From the IMG/VR virus record IMGVR_UViG_3300012208_000002: a stretch of 64,000 bases of DNA. One strand, 5' to 3'. A model generated the notes under the pieces. The model ran no database searches. It was not told where the DNA came from and was given only the letters and a program-made list of their open reading frames with translations. This document shows, one piece after another, positions 1-10,348 of this stretch. Positions within the stretch are counted from its first letter, which is position 1, and each line of letters starts with the position of its first letter. The DNA comes from a virus. Taxonomy: Duplodnaviria; Heunggongvirae; Uroviricota; Caudoviricetes. The position numbers and the translations under genes were made by a program.

Positions 1-294
1 ACTCACAAGAAGGGCGGCAGAGGGTTGAAGTCACCGAAGACAGATTACGCGGTGTACTTCCACACGTTTACGGATGCTTCTAGCTATATTCGTTGCCAGA
101 TTTGCGGCATGAAATGGCGCAATCAGGATACAACCCAATTCATATTCCGTAGTGGCAACAAGATGGACAACCACACGGGAATCGGTTGGAAGGAAGCCTA
201 TGAAATGGTTTCCAACTCTACGAACACCGCAAGTGCATCAGAAGTTAAACTGTCTACGCAGCCTATTCAGACTAACGTAGCAGACCTGAATTAA
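1..294 (+). CDS. C-terminal fragment of a gene running in from the left edge (likely late/virion protein)
   Basis: The listed ORF starts at a TTG at 25, but the frame is open back to nt 1, so this is the 3' end of a longer gene. It is followed by a terminator. Confidence 0.4.
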   Translation, partial: THKKGGRGLKSPKTDYAVYFHTFTDASSYIRCQICGMKWRNQDTTQFIFRSGNKMDNHTGIGWKEAYEMVSNSTNTASASEVKLSTQPIQTNVADLN

Positions 295-319
295 GATTTA
301 TCCGGTACGGCGGATTACA

Positions 320-351
320 TGTCCAGTCCCGTACAGACTGGACCTTTTTAT
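320..351 (+). terminator. rho-independent terminator
   Basis: GTCCAGTC-ccgtaca-GACTGGAC forms an 8-bp stem, followed by CTTTTTAT, immediately after the upstream ORF. Confidence 0.55.
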
Positions 352-439
352 AGGAGAAGACTCTGGTATACCATTCCTGATTACACCAACAGACTACGAA
401 ACGGGTCTGTAGGCCCGCCTTCCGTAGCCAGAGCATCTT

Positions 440-1522
440 ATGGCTAATTCACAAAGTAAACTCACACTACAAAATATTCTCGATAAGGTTTGGCCCCTTG
501 GCGATGTACAGCCAGTCCTAGCTAATGTTAGCGGCTCCCAACTAGAGCCCTTCGTTACTATCTGCACCGATGTTTATTCTGACATCGTTGGCGTTGCTTT
601 TCCCCACAAGTGGAATGAAGTTAAGCTACCTGTATTTTACACCAACAGTTTTCAGCAGGACTATGCTTTACTGAACCCCGATGGCAGCAGCGTGTTCAAC
701 GTAGAATGGTTAGAGCGCGGCATCTGCGTAGATATGACCAGCAACTCTATCCCGAAGGCTTGGGGATACGTTGAGTGCGGTCGTCAACTGACTCAGGCAA
801 CAGGGACCTTCCTTCAAGTTACCACATGGCGCAATCCTACCTTCTTAGCGAACTGGTTCCCGAATTACATGCTGTATTACGGAACCTGGGGCGCAGCAAA
901 CTCTGGAAATCCTACAGTAGGAAACAACCCAGGTGCGGGCTCTATCTATACAAATCCTTTGAGCGCAACAGCCAACACACAGCCGTCTAATCCCATGACG
1001 CAGATTATAGATACAAACGGGAATATTCAGGTTGTAACAACTTACGGAGTCTGCGGACTAACCCAACCTAATTGGCCTGCGGTAAATGCTCTACCAGGAA
1101 CCAACACTACCGATGGAACGACTGTATGGACCGTGGCTGACCCGAACGGGATTGGCATCCGTATCCTCCCTGTTCCGTCACAGACAGGGGCTGTATTCCA
1201 ATTTAATTTGATTGCTCAGAAGCCTTCGATACAGTTTACTAGTCTAAGTCAGACCCTGGACCCGTTCCCGGATAAGTACGAATCATATTTTCGTCAGGGT
1301 GTCATAGCGCAGTGTTACCGTTATGCTTCGGCTGCTTCGGTTCACGCTAAGTTCGAAAAGCAGTACGCTATCTGGCTGAAGAGCTTGAATGACCTACGTG
1401 CTATGGAAGACCGTGAACTAGAAGAGAACCGCTTCACACCTGAGCGCGGTGTCATGGGCGGTGGCAACCGCAACCGATGGGCTGGCGCGGCAAATCCATT
1501 CGCTAACAACGGAGTCTACTAA
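440..1522 (+). CDS. virion structural protein (360 aa) carrying one copy of an IIDTNGNIQVVTT...WP...TDGTTVWT repeat
   Basis: Long ORF in a co-directional late module. It shares a ~45-aa repeat with the 1113-aa protein downstream. Confidence 0.6.
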   Translation: MANSQSKLTLQNILDKVWPLGDVQPVLANVSGSQLEPFVTICTDVYSDIVGVAFPHKWNEVKLPVFYTNSFQQDYALLNPDGSSVFNVEWLERGICVDMTSNSIPKAWGYVECGRQLTQATGTFLQVTTWRNPTFLANWFPNYMLYYGTWGAANSGNPTVGNNPGAGSIYTNPLSATANTQPSNPMTQIIDTNGNIQVVTTYGVCGLTQPNWPAVNALPGTNTTDGTTVWTVADPNGIGIRILPVPSQTGAVFQFNLIAQKPSIQFTSLSQTLDPFPDKYESYFRQGVIAQCYRYASAASVHAKFEKQYAIWLKSLNDLRAMEDRELEENRFTPERGVMGGGNRNRWAGAANPFANNGVY

Positions 1523-2235
1523 TGGCTAACACTCTCACAGATACCATCAACTACATTAAGCCATATTGCCGCTATCAAGACGCGGACATAGGCGTGAACC
1601 TTATGCCGATTCTAGGAATAGCCAGCATCGTGCGTAACGTTATTCTTGCTGCGCCATTTACCTGGAGATTCAATCGTAATAATGTTGACTTAGCCGGAAT
1701 CTCGCAGGGAACGCAAGACTACACTCAAAAGATTTTGGACTTCGGGTTCCTGGAAGCAGGCACGACTAACGACGGAACTACAAGTCGTCAGTTCAAAGAC
1801 GTGAAAAATAATGAGGCTTTGGCATCGTCTACAACTCAGGCACGCCCCGAAACTATCTCGGTCTTCAATGATGACCTTGCTGGCAACATAACGTTTAGGT
1901 TGTCCGCAGTCCCTAACGCCGTGTATACCGTAAATATGGTATACCAGAAGGCCCCGGTGCAGTTTGCAGCTTTAACAGATAAGTGGACTCCTATTCCGGA
2001 TTCTTTTTCTGACGTGTACAACAACATGTGCTTGGGTTACTACATGGACTCCTGTCAGGACGGTCGAGCACCGCAGTATATCGCCCGTGGAATGGCTGGA
2101 CTACTCGCCCGTGCGCAGGGATTGTCCCAGATGGACAAGGCGATATTTGCCGCAAGTTACATGAACTTTAATGCACAAGAGATGTTAAGTCAATTGAAAA
2201 CACAGCAAGGGCAGCAGGCACAAGCCTCTAGGTAA
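1522..2235 (+). CDS. virion structural protein (237 aa)
   Basis: Its start overlaps the stop of the previous gene (TAATG). It sits in the structural block. Confidence 0.5.
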   Translation: MANTLTDTINYIKPYCRYQDADIGVNLMPILGIASIVRNVILAAPFTWRFNRNNVDLAGISQGTQDYTQKILDFGFLEAGTTNDGTTSRQFKDVKNNEALASSTTQARPETISVFNDDLAGNITFRLSAVPNAVYTVNMVYQKAPVQFAALTDKWTPIPDSFSDVYNNMCLGYYMDSCQDGRAPQYIARGMAGLLARAQGLSQMDKAIFAASYMNFNAQEMLSQLKTQQGQQAQASR

Positions 2236-2237
2236 CT

Positions 2238-5200
2238 ATGTCACTTTTAGCAGCAGCAGGAGCCCAACCAAGGAACGAATCTCGCGGGAAAGCTATTCAC
2301 GTAGCGAGAATGGAAACTGGGCTATTCACGAATCGTAACCCGCTACACGACCCTGCGTCTTGGTATGCTTCTAAATATGGCGGCTACCCTGATGCGCTTA
2401 TCGACGGAAGCAACATGGAAGTTTCAAATCAACTTACCATGATACGTCGTCCCGGGATGTCTCAGTGGTCAAGCGTTACTGTTCCAGATCAGCCGAACTG
2501 GTTCTACGATTGGCGCACTCTGGACTGCGGAATTAAGGTCGTTGTAGATACATCAACTTCAACGTATCTACAAACTGCAACGTCCCGAACTCAGATTTTC
2601 ACAAAGTCTGCTGGTGCTGGACAGGGGCAATATCAAGGCGTAGCCGATACACTTTATTACGGAGACGGCGTAGACCTTCAAAAAGTTATCTTGGGTGCGG
2701 GATGCTCTCCAGGACCCGCGTTTAATTGGGGCATAGTTGCCCCGACAACGGCTCCTGTTGTTACTGTTACTCCAACTGCGGCAGCTACCGTTGCCTGGGC
2801 CGCTAGCACCTGGTTCAGCACGATGGGCATCATCATAGATGCAAACGGAAACGCTCAACAGCTTGTTTCTGTGAACGCTGACCCTAATAATCCGAATACA
2901 ACACAGTTCGGAACATCCGGAAACGGTTCTCCTACTTGGCCCGCTGTCGGTGCAACCGTGGTGGACGGAACGGTCACCTGGACCAATAGAGGTCCTGTAG
3001 ACTCGTGGTTTGCGAATACCGGATATAATGGTATTCAAGGCTCTGGCGGAACGCTCAATCAGCCAGCAACTATATACGATCCTACGTCTAACGGCTTTTA
3101 CGAAAATTCTAGAAACGGAAGCGGATTCGCGTCAGGTGGCACTCGCCCTCCTTTCACAGGAGTCCCAGGCGACCAGCACTTCGATAATTTTTGTAACTGG
3201 GTATGTTACGCAAATGCAAGCACAACTCCAGCGGTATTCCGTTGGCAGAAAAATCACGTATACGGAAATTTCTTATCCTCCTTCAATGCCAATAGCTGCG
3301 TTCTAGAACCATTTTCTCCTCCTTTTGTAGCGGGAACATTTACTCCACCTTTCGGTGGTCCGCAGACAGAGTACTTGATTACGTCAGGCGGCGGAACCAG
3401 TCAGGCGACTCCATATACTCCACTCTTCAGCGCCACAAAGGGCATCGCTACATACGACGGACAGTTAAAGTGGGTTTCGCTTGGTTCGGCAACATGGGCT
3501 GCTAATCATGCGTATTCTGCATGGACATCGTCAAATAGCGTTAACTTCGACGCTGTGAAAGACCCGGACGGTAATTTGCATGTCTGCGTTCAAAGTGGAA
3601 CGAGCGGCGGCTCGGTTCCGTGGCAATCATGGCAGGCTATTCATGTGTATACAGTCGGTGGCACAGGTAGCAGCATAATAGATACTAACGGATACATTCA
3701 GGTTGTTACTACAGGCGGAACATCTGGTGCTGCTCATCCTACATGGAGTACGACTGTTGGCGGAACTACGACAGATAACGCATCTGTCATCTGGACAAAC
3801 CAGGGTTTTGCTTACGGGTTCCACACCACAGACGGAGTAGGATCGGGAGCAGCAATCTGGGCCTGCGTAGGAACTATAGCTGGCGCAATTTGGACAGCTA
3901 ACCAAAGTTATTATCTCCCAGTCGGCGGATTCTTTCCTCCTAGCGTATCAGTTCCTTTTGGCGGCGCACTGATCGTAGACAGCAACAGTAATGAACAGGC
4001 TACAGTCAATACTGGAGTTTCTAAGACAGCGCCCCATCCTGTGTGGGGAACGACTCCTGTTGGGGTTCTGACCACGACGGATAATACAGTACTGTGGAGA
4101 CTTGTGGCAGTTCCTGCTCCGACTGGCGGATTCCCGGTAACTAAGAGCATAACTTTTGCTTACAGTTTTGCTAGCAGAACAGCCACGGACATATACAACA
4201 CAACTACGCCACCTGACTGGACTGGCCCTCTAGGACCACCTACGGGCTCTCGCAGTGGGCACATCTCAACTGCGTCACCTGTGTTTGCTATAGCGACTCC
4301 GTTCCCGTCATCTATCGTCACCTTGACAGTTCCTGGCTCTCTTGATCCTCAAGTGGATACAATCGTAATCTGGGCTACGCTTGACGGTGGAAGCGATCTA
4401 TTCTTTTTAACTGAAATTCCTAATCTGTTTCCGTTCCAGACAGTAAACATAAGTCAGTCACCATTTATAGGGGCTGCTTCTGTTAACCAATTCATTCCTG
4501 CTCCTATCAATCATCAGAATGATCCTCCGCCTGCGGGATTTCTCCCGATGGCATTCCACTTCGGGCGAATCTGGGGAGCAGTTGGTAACTTTGTGTTCGC
4601 TTCTGGCGGTCCCGATGTTCTGTCAGGAAATCCTAACGAATCATTTAGTCCACTTAGTTTCTTCCAGCTTCCGTCTCCTGTAACACGAGTAGTTCCTACG
4701 GCTACAGGTATTCTAGTTTTCACGACATCGGATATATACGCAATCCTTGGCGGACCTATCTTCGCTACGTTCTTTACTTCGCCGATGGTGCCAGGAATCG
4801 GACTGCTTCATTACCAGGCGCTGGATATACATGGCGGAGTTATATACATGTACACTGCGGATAACCAGTTCATATCTTTGGACCCCAGTGGCGGTGCGCA
4901 GAGAATGGGCGGGGCTATCGCGGATAAGCTAGCAGGTTTCGATTCGAACAAAGCCTTTGTGACTGTTCATGAGAGCGGAAACGACAACGCTATCTTCGTA
5001 GGGAACGGTACCACAGGGTGGTACAGATTGAATCCGTCTCAGTTTCCGAACGGAACTGCGGTATGGAGCCCATTTGCGACGATTACTGGCGGAGCAGGTG
5101 CTGTTCTGTCCATTGAAGTATCGCCTGGGATTCACCGCCTGCTTACGGGCGGAATAGGATCAAATTCTAGCATCTTGCAACGTGATTTCTCAACTTACCA

Positions 5201-5579
5201 GGATAACGGAGCAAGCTATACGTGCGGCTTCACGATGGGCAGCATCAACCTAGTCAACCCGGGTCAGATAGCTGGATTGACATTCGTCAACTTACGTGCC
5301 ACGAGAGTAGGAACAACGCCGACGTGTGGCTTTTTGCTGAACGAAATTTCAGGGAACTTCACTACGTTCCCGAAGGCGCAAGCGTATCCGTGGCAGATTT
5401 ACGGGGGCACGAAGCAGCCGTTAACTTTATTCTCTAATGCATATTACTTTAGATCAGTGGGTGTTCCTGCTTTGGCAGAGCACTTACAGATAAAGGTAAG
5501 TTTCCCTGCTGAGAATTTTGCGAATGAAGTACTATCACTTAGTATCTTTGGCGTAGTCGAACAGAGCCCAGAAGAATAA
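2238..5579 (+). CDS. large tail protein (1113 aa; tail tubular/tail-fibre-like)
   Basis: Gly/Thr/Ser-rich with three or four internal copies of the xIDxNGxxQxVxT...P.W....G.....D..V.WT repeat. Size and composition are typical of podovirus tail proteins. Confidence 0.65.
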   Translation: MSLLAAAGAQPRNESRGKAIHVARMETGLFTNRNPLHDPASWYASKYGGYPDALIDGSNMEVSNQLTMIRRPGMSQWSSVTVPDQPNWFYDWRTLDCGIKVVVDTSTSTYLQTATSRTQIFTKSAGAGQGQYQGVADTLYYGDGVDLQKVILGAGCSPGPAFNWGIVAPTTAPVVTVTPTAAATVAWAASTWFSTMGIIIDANGNAQQLVSVNADPNNPNTTQFGTSGNGSPTWPAVGATVVDGTVTWTNRGPVDSWFANTGYNGIQGSGGTLNQPATIYDPTSNGFYENSRNGSGFASGGTRPPFTGVPGDQHFDNFCNWVCYANASTTPAVFRWQKNHVYGNFLSSFNANSCVLEPFSPPFVAGTFTPPFGGPQTEYLITSGGGTSQATPYTPLFSATKGIATYDGQLKWVSLGSATWAANHAYSAWTSSNSVNFDAVKDPDGNLHVCVQSGTSGGSVPWQSWQAIHVYTVGGTGSSIIDTNGYIQVVTTGGTSGAAHPTWSTTVGGTTTDNASVIWTNQGFAYGFHTTDGVGSGAAIWACVGTIAGAIWTANQSYYLPVGGFFPPSVSVPFGGALIVDSNSNEQATVNTGVSKTAPHPVWGTTPVGVLTTTDNTVLWRLVAVPAPTGGFPVTKSITFAYSFASRTATDIYNTTTPPDWTGPLGPPTGSRSGHISTASPVFAIATPFPSSIVTLTVPGSLDPQVDTIVIWATLDGGSDLFFLTEIPNLFPFQTVNISQSPFIGAASVNQFIPAPINHQNDPPPAGFLPMAFHFGRIWGAVGNFVFASGGPDVLSGNPNESFSPLSFFQLPSPVTRVVPTATGILVFTTSDIYAILGGPIFATFFTSPMVPGIGLLHYQALDIHGGVIYMYTADNQFISLDPSGGAQRMGGAIADKLAGFDSNKAFVTVHESGNDNAIFVGNGTTGWYRLNPSQFPNGTAVWSPFATITGGAGAVLSIEVSPGIHRLLTGGIGSNSSILQRDFSTYQDNGASYTCGFTMGSINLVNPGQIAGLTFVNLRATRVGTTPTCGFLLNEISGNFTTFPKAQAYPWQIYGGTKQPLTLFSNAYYFRSVGVPALAEHLQIKVSFPAENFANEVLSLSIFGVVEQSPEE

Positions 5580-8500
5580 TGAAACTTAGCGATCACTTCC
5601 CAGATATGGAGAATTGGACACCTGCGGAGAATCACGAGCAAGCAAATCCACAGGTACCGACTCCTGAAGTTCAGTCTTCCCCGTATCTGCGTGCTCCTCT
5701 GCCTCTGCCGATGCAGTACTCTCCAGATACATTGAAGCAGTATAACAAGCCAGGACTAAGTTCATTTCGTACCTCTCCTATACCACCTAGCGGCTACCCT
5801 ACGATCAACTCTGCGGCGGCAGGTGTGACGACAATCATACAGGGGCAAGCAGGAGCAACCGGGGCCGCTGGATCGGGAACTGGAAACATGACCTTCCGTG
5901 GGCAGTGGAACAGTTCTACTTCTTACGCGGCAAATGATGTGGTTTTAGATAACATCAGTTCTTATGTAGCGGTCAATGCAAATTCTAATTCTGAGCCAGA
6001 CTCAGGTTCCGCAAACTGGAACTTATTGGGGAAGAACCTTAATTTTCGCGGTCAGTGGCTTGCTACAACAGCCCCCTCTACTGCTGTTCATATTCAATCA
6101 GGGCAGGTCGGTGGGACGACTGGTCCGACATCACTCGCTTTTGGTTCTAATAACACGGCTGGAAATACTATTGTTGTTTATACAACAGCAGGCCACAATT
6201 TTGCTTCTGGGAACCCGGACCCAGGATACGGTTTTAGCATATCTGATACACAAGGTAATATCTATACTCAAGTAGGAACGGCGTCTGCATTTAACGCGGC
6301 GAACGGCTGGAAAGATACGGCTGTTTATATTGCTGCGAACGTCAAGGCGGGGGCTAACACAGTAACAGCTACTGTAGTCGGAGGAAGTCCTAGCCCTCCG
6401 CAAACCACAGGATTAGTAATTGCGGAATACGCAGGAAGTCCGTCCGTATACCCGCTTACGTACGAATCTCAGAATTCTATAAGTGGCGGAACGATTACAT
6501 CCATTTCTACTCTGGTTGCAACGGGGCAGCCGAATCAGGTTGTTCTTATATTTTCCGGCACGACTATTAATTCTGGCGCGGAAACTGTACTTCCTTCAGG
6601 TTTCACTGGTCGTCAAGCAGAACTTTACGATAAAACTATAGCTCTTGCGTCTAGCGTGAATTACTCGCTGAATTATACAGGTGCTGCGTCCGGGGGAATC
6701 ATAATCGGGTTGGCACTTACCAACGTGGGCGGCTCTAGCTATTTTCCGTTCGATACTGTTATCTATCTAGGTTCTACATACGTTTGTATCAAAGCGGCAG
6801 CATCATCGCAGGTACCTACTAACACAACTTACTGGGCATTGCTATCTCAGGGCACAGGCGGTGTTAACCCCTTATTAGCCGATTATACCGCTACAGCGCT
6901 AGATGACGGTCAGTTAATCTCTAATTCGACGGCTTCTACTTTTACTGTAAAACTTCCTGCTGCTCCACCGTATCTCGGCTGGTGGACGGCTCTTCAGAAC
7001 AGCGATTCTGGAACCATTATAGTAAATCCGAACGGACCGAACCTGGACGGTAGCGCCAGCAATGTGACGTTAGCGCAAAACCAGGGTATCCTGGTCTATA
7101 CAGACGGAGCAAATTATTTCACAGAGCGCGGTTTCGGAACAATAACGAGCTTACCTTCGATTTTCAATGTTAACGCTACCACAGGAGCGGCAACGCTCGC
7201 TAACGAAGTTGCGAATACCGTGTTCGCGGGACCTGCATCTGGCGGTGCAGCCGCACCAACTTTTCGTACTCTCGTTCCGGGAGACTTTGCTGTTACCTTT
7301 AACCGTAAGGTGATTTCTTCCACGTCGTATTTGACGATATCTTCAGACGTAGGAAAGGCTCTTGACGTACAAACTTCATCCGCCACGACGATTACTTTGC
7401 AGGTCGGAGCGTCTACTCCCGCCTTCCGTCGTGATTACGGTCACACGACAGGAAGTGGAAGTACCCTTACAAGCGGAACTCTCACTTTGACTGCTAATGA
7501 TATGGCGTTGCTTGCCATAGGTTGGAATGCTGCTGGAGGATTCTCGGTAACTAGTGTTACTGATACGCTTGGAAATACTTGGGCGGCGGTACCTGGAACA
7601 CTAGTAACAAATAATTCTCTGTTTTCTGGCGGAACGACGATTCAAATTTGGCAAACAACCATCACTACGGGTGGGTCAGGAACCATCACAGTACATTGGA
7701 GCGGCAGTGCCACAGGTACAGGGTTCGTCGGCACAGAATTCTCTGGCGTCTCTGTCGTTGACCAAGGAACATCTGTAGCAGCTAATGCTGTTCCCATCGG
7801 TGCGGCTACTACGACAACAATTGCCAATGAAGTTGTTTGGTCATACTTTTTAACGAATAACGGCGGTCAGGCTAACGGAGCAGGATGGACGACATCTTTT
7901 ACGGACTCTTCGTTTAATCTTTCTGAATATCAGATAGAAACGGCTACAGGAACCTATACTAGCACGACTACAGTGGCTGGCTCACAGCAGTATCTTGCCA
8001 ACACAGCGACTTTGGCGTCTCCTATTACTACGCCATTTTCAGGTTTCATTCAAAACAACGGGACAGCAGTTGTGGCGGTTACGCCTTCAAGCGGACTCAT
8101 CAATGGTGTGGCAAGCATCAACCTATTTCCAGGTCAGGGCGTGACGATTGCTACAGACGGCACGAACTTCACAGCAATAACGTGGACTCCTGCGGTAATA
8201 GCAAAGGTTGACTCAACCGCTCAGACGGCGAATATAGCAGCGACAACTTTGTTTGCAGTAGTTACCAGCGGTCGATATGAAGTTTCTTCATACATTGTAG
8301 AAACTACGGCGGGGTCTGTAAGTTCGACTCTTCCTAACGTTCAAATAGTTTACACGGACCCGGAGACCTCGACTGCTATTACGATTGACAGTACGCCCGT
8401 ATTAGGCGTAGCAGGAATAGGTCAAACAGGTGCTCTAACCGCTAACACCGTAGGTACGGCATCATCAGGTGTGATTGTGATTAGCGCGAAAGCAAGTACA

Positions 8501-8584
8501 AATATTCAATATCAAACTGTGAACTACGCTAGCACTGCGGCTGGTATGGCATATGCATTGCACATAGTTCTCACAAAACTATAG
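5579..8584 (+). CDS. tail fibre protein (1001 aa)
   Basis: Carries an N-terminal FRGQWNSSTSYAANDVV...SYVA motif repeated as NFRGQW. This is characteristic of phage tail-fibre N-terminal repeats. The C-terminal half is Thr/Gly-rich. Confidence 0.7.
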   Translation: MKLSDHFPDMENWTPAENHEQANPQVPTPEVQSSPYLRAPLPLPMQYSPDTLKQYNKPGLSSFRTSPIPPSGYPTINSAAAGVTTIIQGQAGATGAAGSGTGNMTFRGQWNSSTSYAANDVVLDNISSYVAVNANSNSEPDSGSANWNLLGKNLNFRGQWLATTAPSTAVHIQSGQVGGTTGPTSLAFGSNNTAGNTIVVYTTAGHNFASGNPDPGYGFSISDTQGNIYTQVGTASAFNAANGWKDTAVYIAANVKAGANTVTATVVGGSPSPPQTTGLVIAEYAGSPSVYPLTYESQNSISGGTITSISTLVATGQPNQVVLIFSGTTINSGAETVLPSGFTGRQAELYDKTIALASSVNYSLNYTGAASGGIIIGLALTNVGGSSYFPFDTVIYLGSTYVCIKAAASSQVPTNTTYWALLSQGTGGVNPLLADYTATALDDGQLISNSTASTFTVKLPAAPPYLGWWTALQNSDSGTIIVNPNGPNLDGSASNVTLAQNQGILVYTDGANYFTERGFGTITSLPSIFNVNATTGAATLANEVANTVFAGPASGGAAAPTFRTLVPGDFAVTFNRKVISSTSYLTISSDVGKALDVQTSSATTITLQVGASTPAFRRDYGHTTGSGSTLTSGTLTLTANDMALLAIGWNAAGGFSVTSVTDTLGNTWAAVPGTLVTNNSLFSGGTTIQIWQTTITTGGSGTITVHWSGSATGTGFVGTEFSGVSVVDQGTSVAANAVPIGAATTTTIANEVVWSYFLTNNGGQANGAGWTTSFTDSSFNLSEYQIETATGTYTSTTTVAGSQQYLANTATLASPITTPFSGFIQNNGTAVVAVTPSSGLINGVASINLFPGQGVTIATDGTNFTAITWTPAVIAKVDSTAQTANIAATTLFAVVTSGRYEVSSYIVETTAGSVSSTLPNVQIVYTDPETSTAITIDSTPVLGVAGIGQTGALTANTVGTASSGVIVISAKASTNIQYQTVNYASTAAGMAYALHIVLTKL

Positions 8585-8592
8585 AGGTTTAT

Positions 8593-9036
8593 ATGGGATT
8601 AGTTCCAACACAAAAAGCGGTCATGGGGACGTTCATCAACGGCAGAAATGCTATTGACGATTTCCTTCAGTTTGCTACTAACAATGGTGGAACTGTGTTC
8701 GGTTGGATTGACTCTACTGGTGTTTCTCGTGGAACACTCTCCCCTGTTGCGGGTTTGTGGAACGTAATCTCCAAAACTTCGACGTACGCGGCGGTTGCTG
8801 GAGACGTAGTTCTTGCGAATACAACGGGCGGCGGATTTACTATAACCCTTCCCGCTTCAGGGTCGAATAAGAATTTATCTATTCGGGTTAAGAAAATATC
8901 AAGCGACTCGAATGTGGTTACTGTCTCTCGTTCAGGGTCAGATTTAATAGACGGACAGACCACGCAAACGTTCACATCACAGTGGACCAATATTGAAATT
9001 ATCGCAGACGGTGTTACGAATTGGTATGTAGTATAG
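8593..9036 (+). CDS. tail-associated hypothetical protein (147 aa)
   Basis: ORF in the structural block. It has an RBS-like AGAGG upstream. Confidence 0.5.
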   Translation: MGLVPTQKAVMGTFINGRNAIDDFLQFATNNGGTVFGWIDSTGVSRGTLSPVAGLWNVISKTSTYAAVAGDVVLANTTGGGFTITLPASGSNKNLSIRVKKISSDSNVVTVSRSGSDLIDGQTTQTFTSQWTNIEIIADGVTNWYVV

Positions 9037-9043
9037 GAGATTT

Positions 9044-10342
9044 ATGTCTTTCTTTAATTCAGTTGGCGTTACTTCATTTCCATCTCAGCAGACATCAGCC
9101 AACTTGTCTGACGGACAAAACGTTAACTTGACTTTGATTGGTGCGCAGACGGTGCGCTTTGACATCACAGGAACTTGGTCCGGAACTTTGTTCTTCGAAG
9201 CAAGTAGCGACGGAATCGTGTATCAAACGGTTCAATTGTTGCCCTTCGGTCCACTGCTAGCCAGCCAATTATTGAGTCAGTCTGTAGTGTCTTCGACTAC
9301 GCAGAACGGCTCATGGTTCGGAGGTATTGCAGGTATGGACAGCTTCCGTGTTCGTGCGTCTCTTACGAGCGGAACTCCTACTGTCTTTTTGCAGATTAGT
9401 CAAGCCGTCTCCACACTGGACGTGTTCGAGCATGCGGACGGTTTCGTAGATACTCACCTATCCACTACGACGCCGCTAGGCTCGAACGGCGTATTCACAG
9501 GTCAGTCAACGGATATGCTTCCTTTCACGGCAGTCAGGTTGAGTCTTTTTACCGACCAGCCATCTGCGGTAAATACGGGCTTAAGCGTTCAATGGAGCAA
9601 TGACGGTACAAACTGGGACTTTCAACAAAACACAGGCATCCCCGCATCTCCCGCAGGCAACGGCGTTCACATGGTATTCGGGCGTATTGCTAGATATATG
9701 CGTATCGTCTATACAAACGGAGTCACAGCACAGGGAGTTTTTCGATTAGGCGTTATTCATCAACGAGTAACTCCTCCGCAGGCTTCATCTTTTATTAACC
9801 AGCCTTTGACAGACGGCGATACCGCAATGACGGTTAAGGCGGTTATCGCGGGTAAGAATGTTAGCGGGGTATACGTACCCGTTTCGGTGGACGGAAATAA
9901 CTCTTTAATCGTTAGCGATAATGGTCTAGCGGCAACCTCAAATCCGACACCCGTAACTAATGGGACTACTGTTCCCGCAATGGTCGATAAGATGGGTCGT
10001 CAAGTCGTTATTCAAGGACATGCGAGAGATTTAGTAGGCATTGCAAGTCTCTCTAGCTCGTCATCTTCAGCAGTATCGTTTATTTCTGCTGGCGCGGCAG
10101 GTGTATTTAACGATATAACAAGTCTTGTTATAACGAATACTACGGCTACGGCTACAATCGTGACATTAAGCGATAACGGAGCAGGCGGAAACACTCACGT
10201 TTACGCGCTTGCTGGCAACGGCGGTATAGTAATTAACTTCAATCCTCCTATGCCTCAAGGCACTGCGGCAGCGGCTTGGGATGTGCTAAATTCTGCGGCA
10301 GTTCTTTGCAAGTACGAAGCTGTCTACGTAAAGAACCTGTAA
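9044..10342 (+). CDS. virion structural protein (432 aa)
   Basis: ORF in the structural block with GGAG upstream. Confidence 0.55.
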   Translation: MSFFNSVGVTSFPSQQTSANLSDGQNVNLTLIGAQTVRFDITGTWSGTLFFEASSDGIVYQTVQLLPFGPLLASQLLSQSVVSSTTQNGSWFGGIAGMDSFRVRASLTSGTPTVFLQISQAVSTLDVFEHADGFVDTHLSTTTPLGSNGVFTGQSTDMLPFTAVRLSLFTDQPSAVNTGLSVQWSNDGTNWDFQQNTGIPASPAGNGVHMVFGRIARYMRIVYTNGVTAQGVFRLGVIHQRVTPPQASSFINQPLTDGDTAMTVKAVIAGKNVSGVYVPVSVDGNNSLIVSDNGLAATSNPTPVTNGTTVPAMVDKMGRQVVIQGHARDLVGIASLSSSSSSAVSFISAGAAGVFNDITSLVITNTTATATIVTLSDNGAGGNTHVYALAGNGGIVINFNPPMPQGTAAAAWDVLNSAAVLCKYEAVYVKNL

Positions 10343-10348
10343 AATAAA

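Noticed and set aside
2568-3038. Antisense and alternative-frame ORFs inside the large structural genes (e.g. 775..990, 1836..2027, 2568..3038, 6131..6403, 7114..7386, 15785..16537, 17197..18112)
   Set aside because: They lie entirely within much longer, compositionally coherent ORFs on the opposite strand or in another frame. They have no RBS and carry skewed Cys/Arg-rich translations typical of spurious frames.
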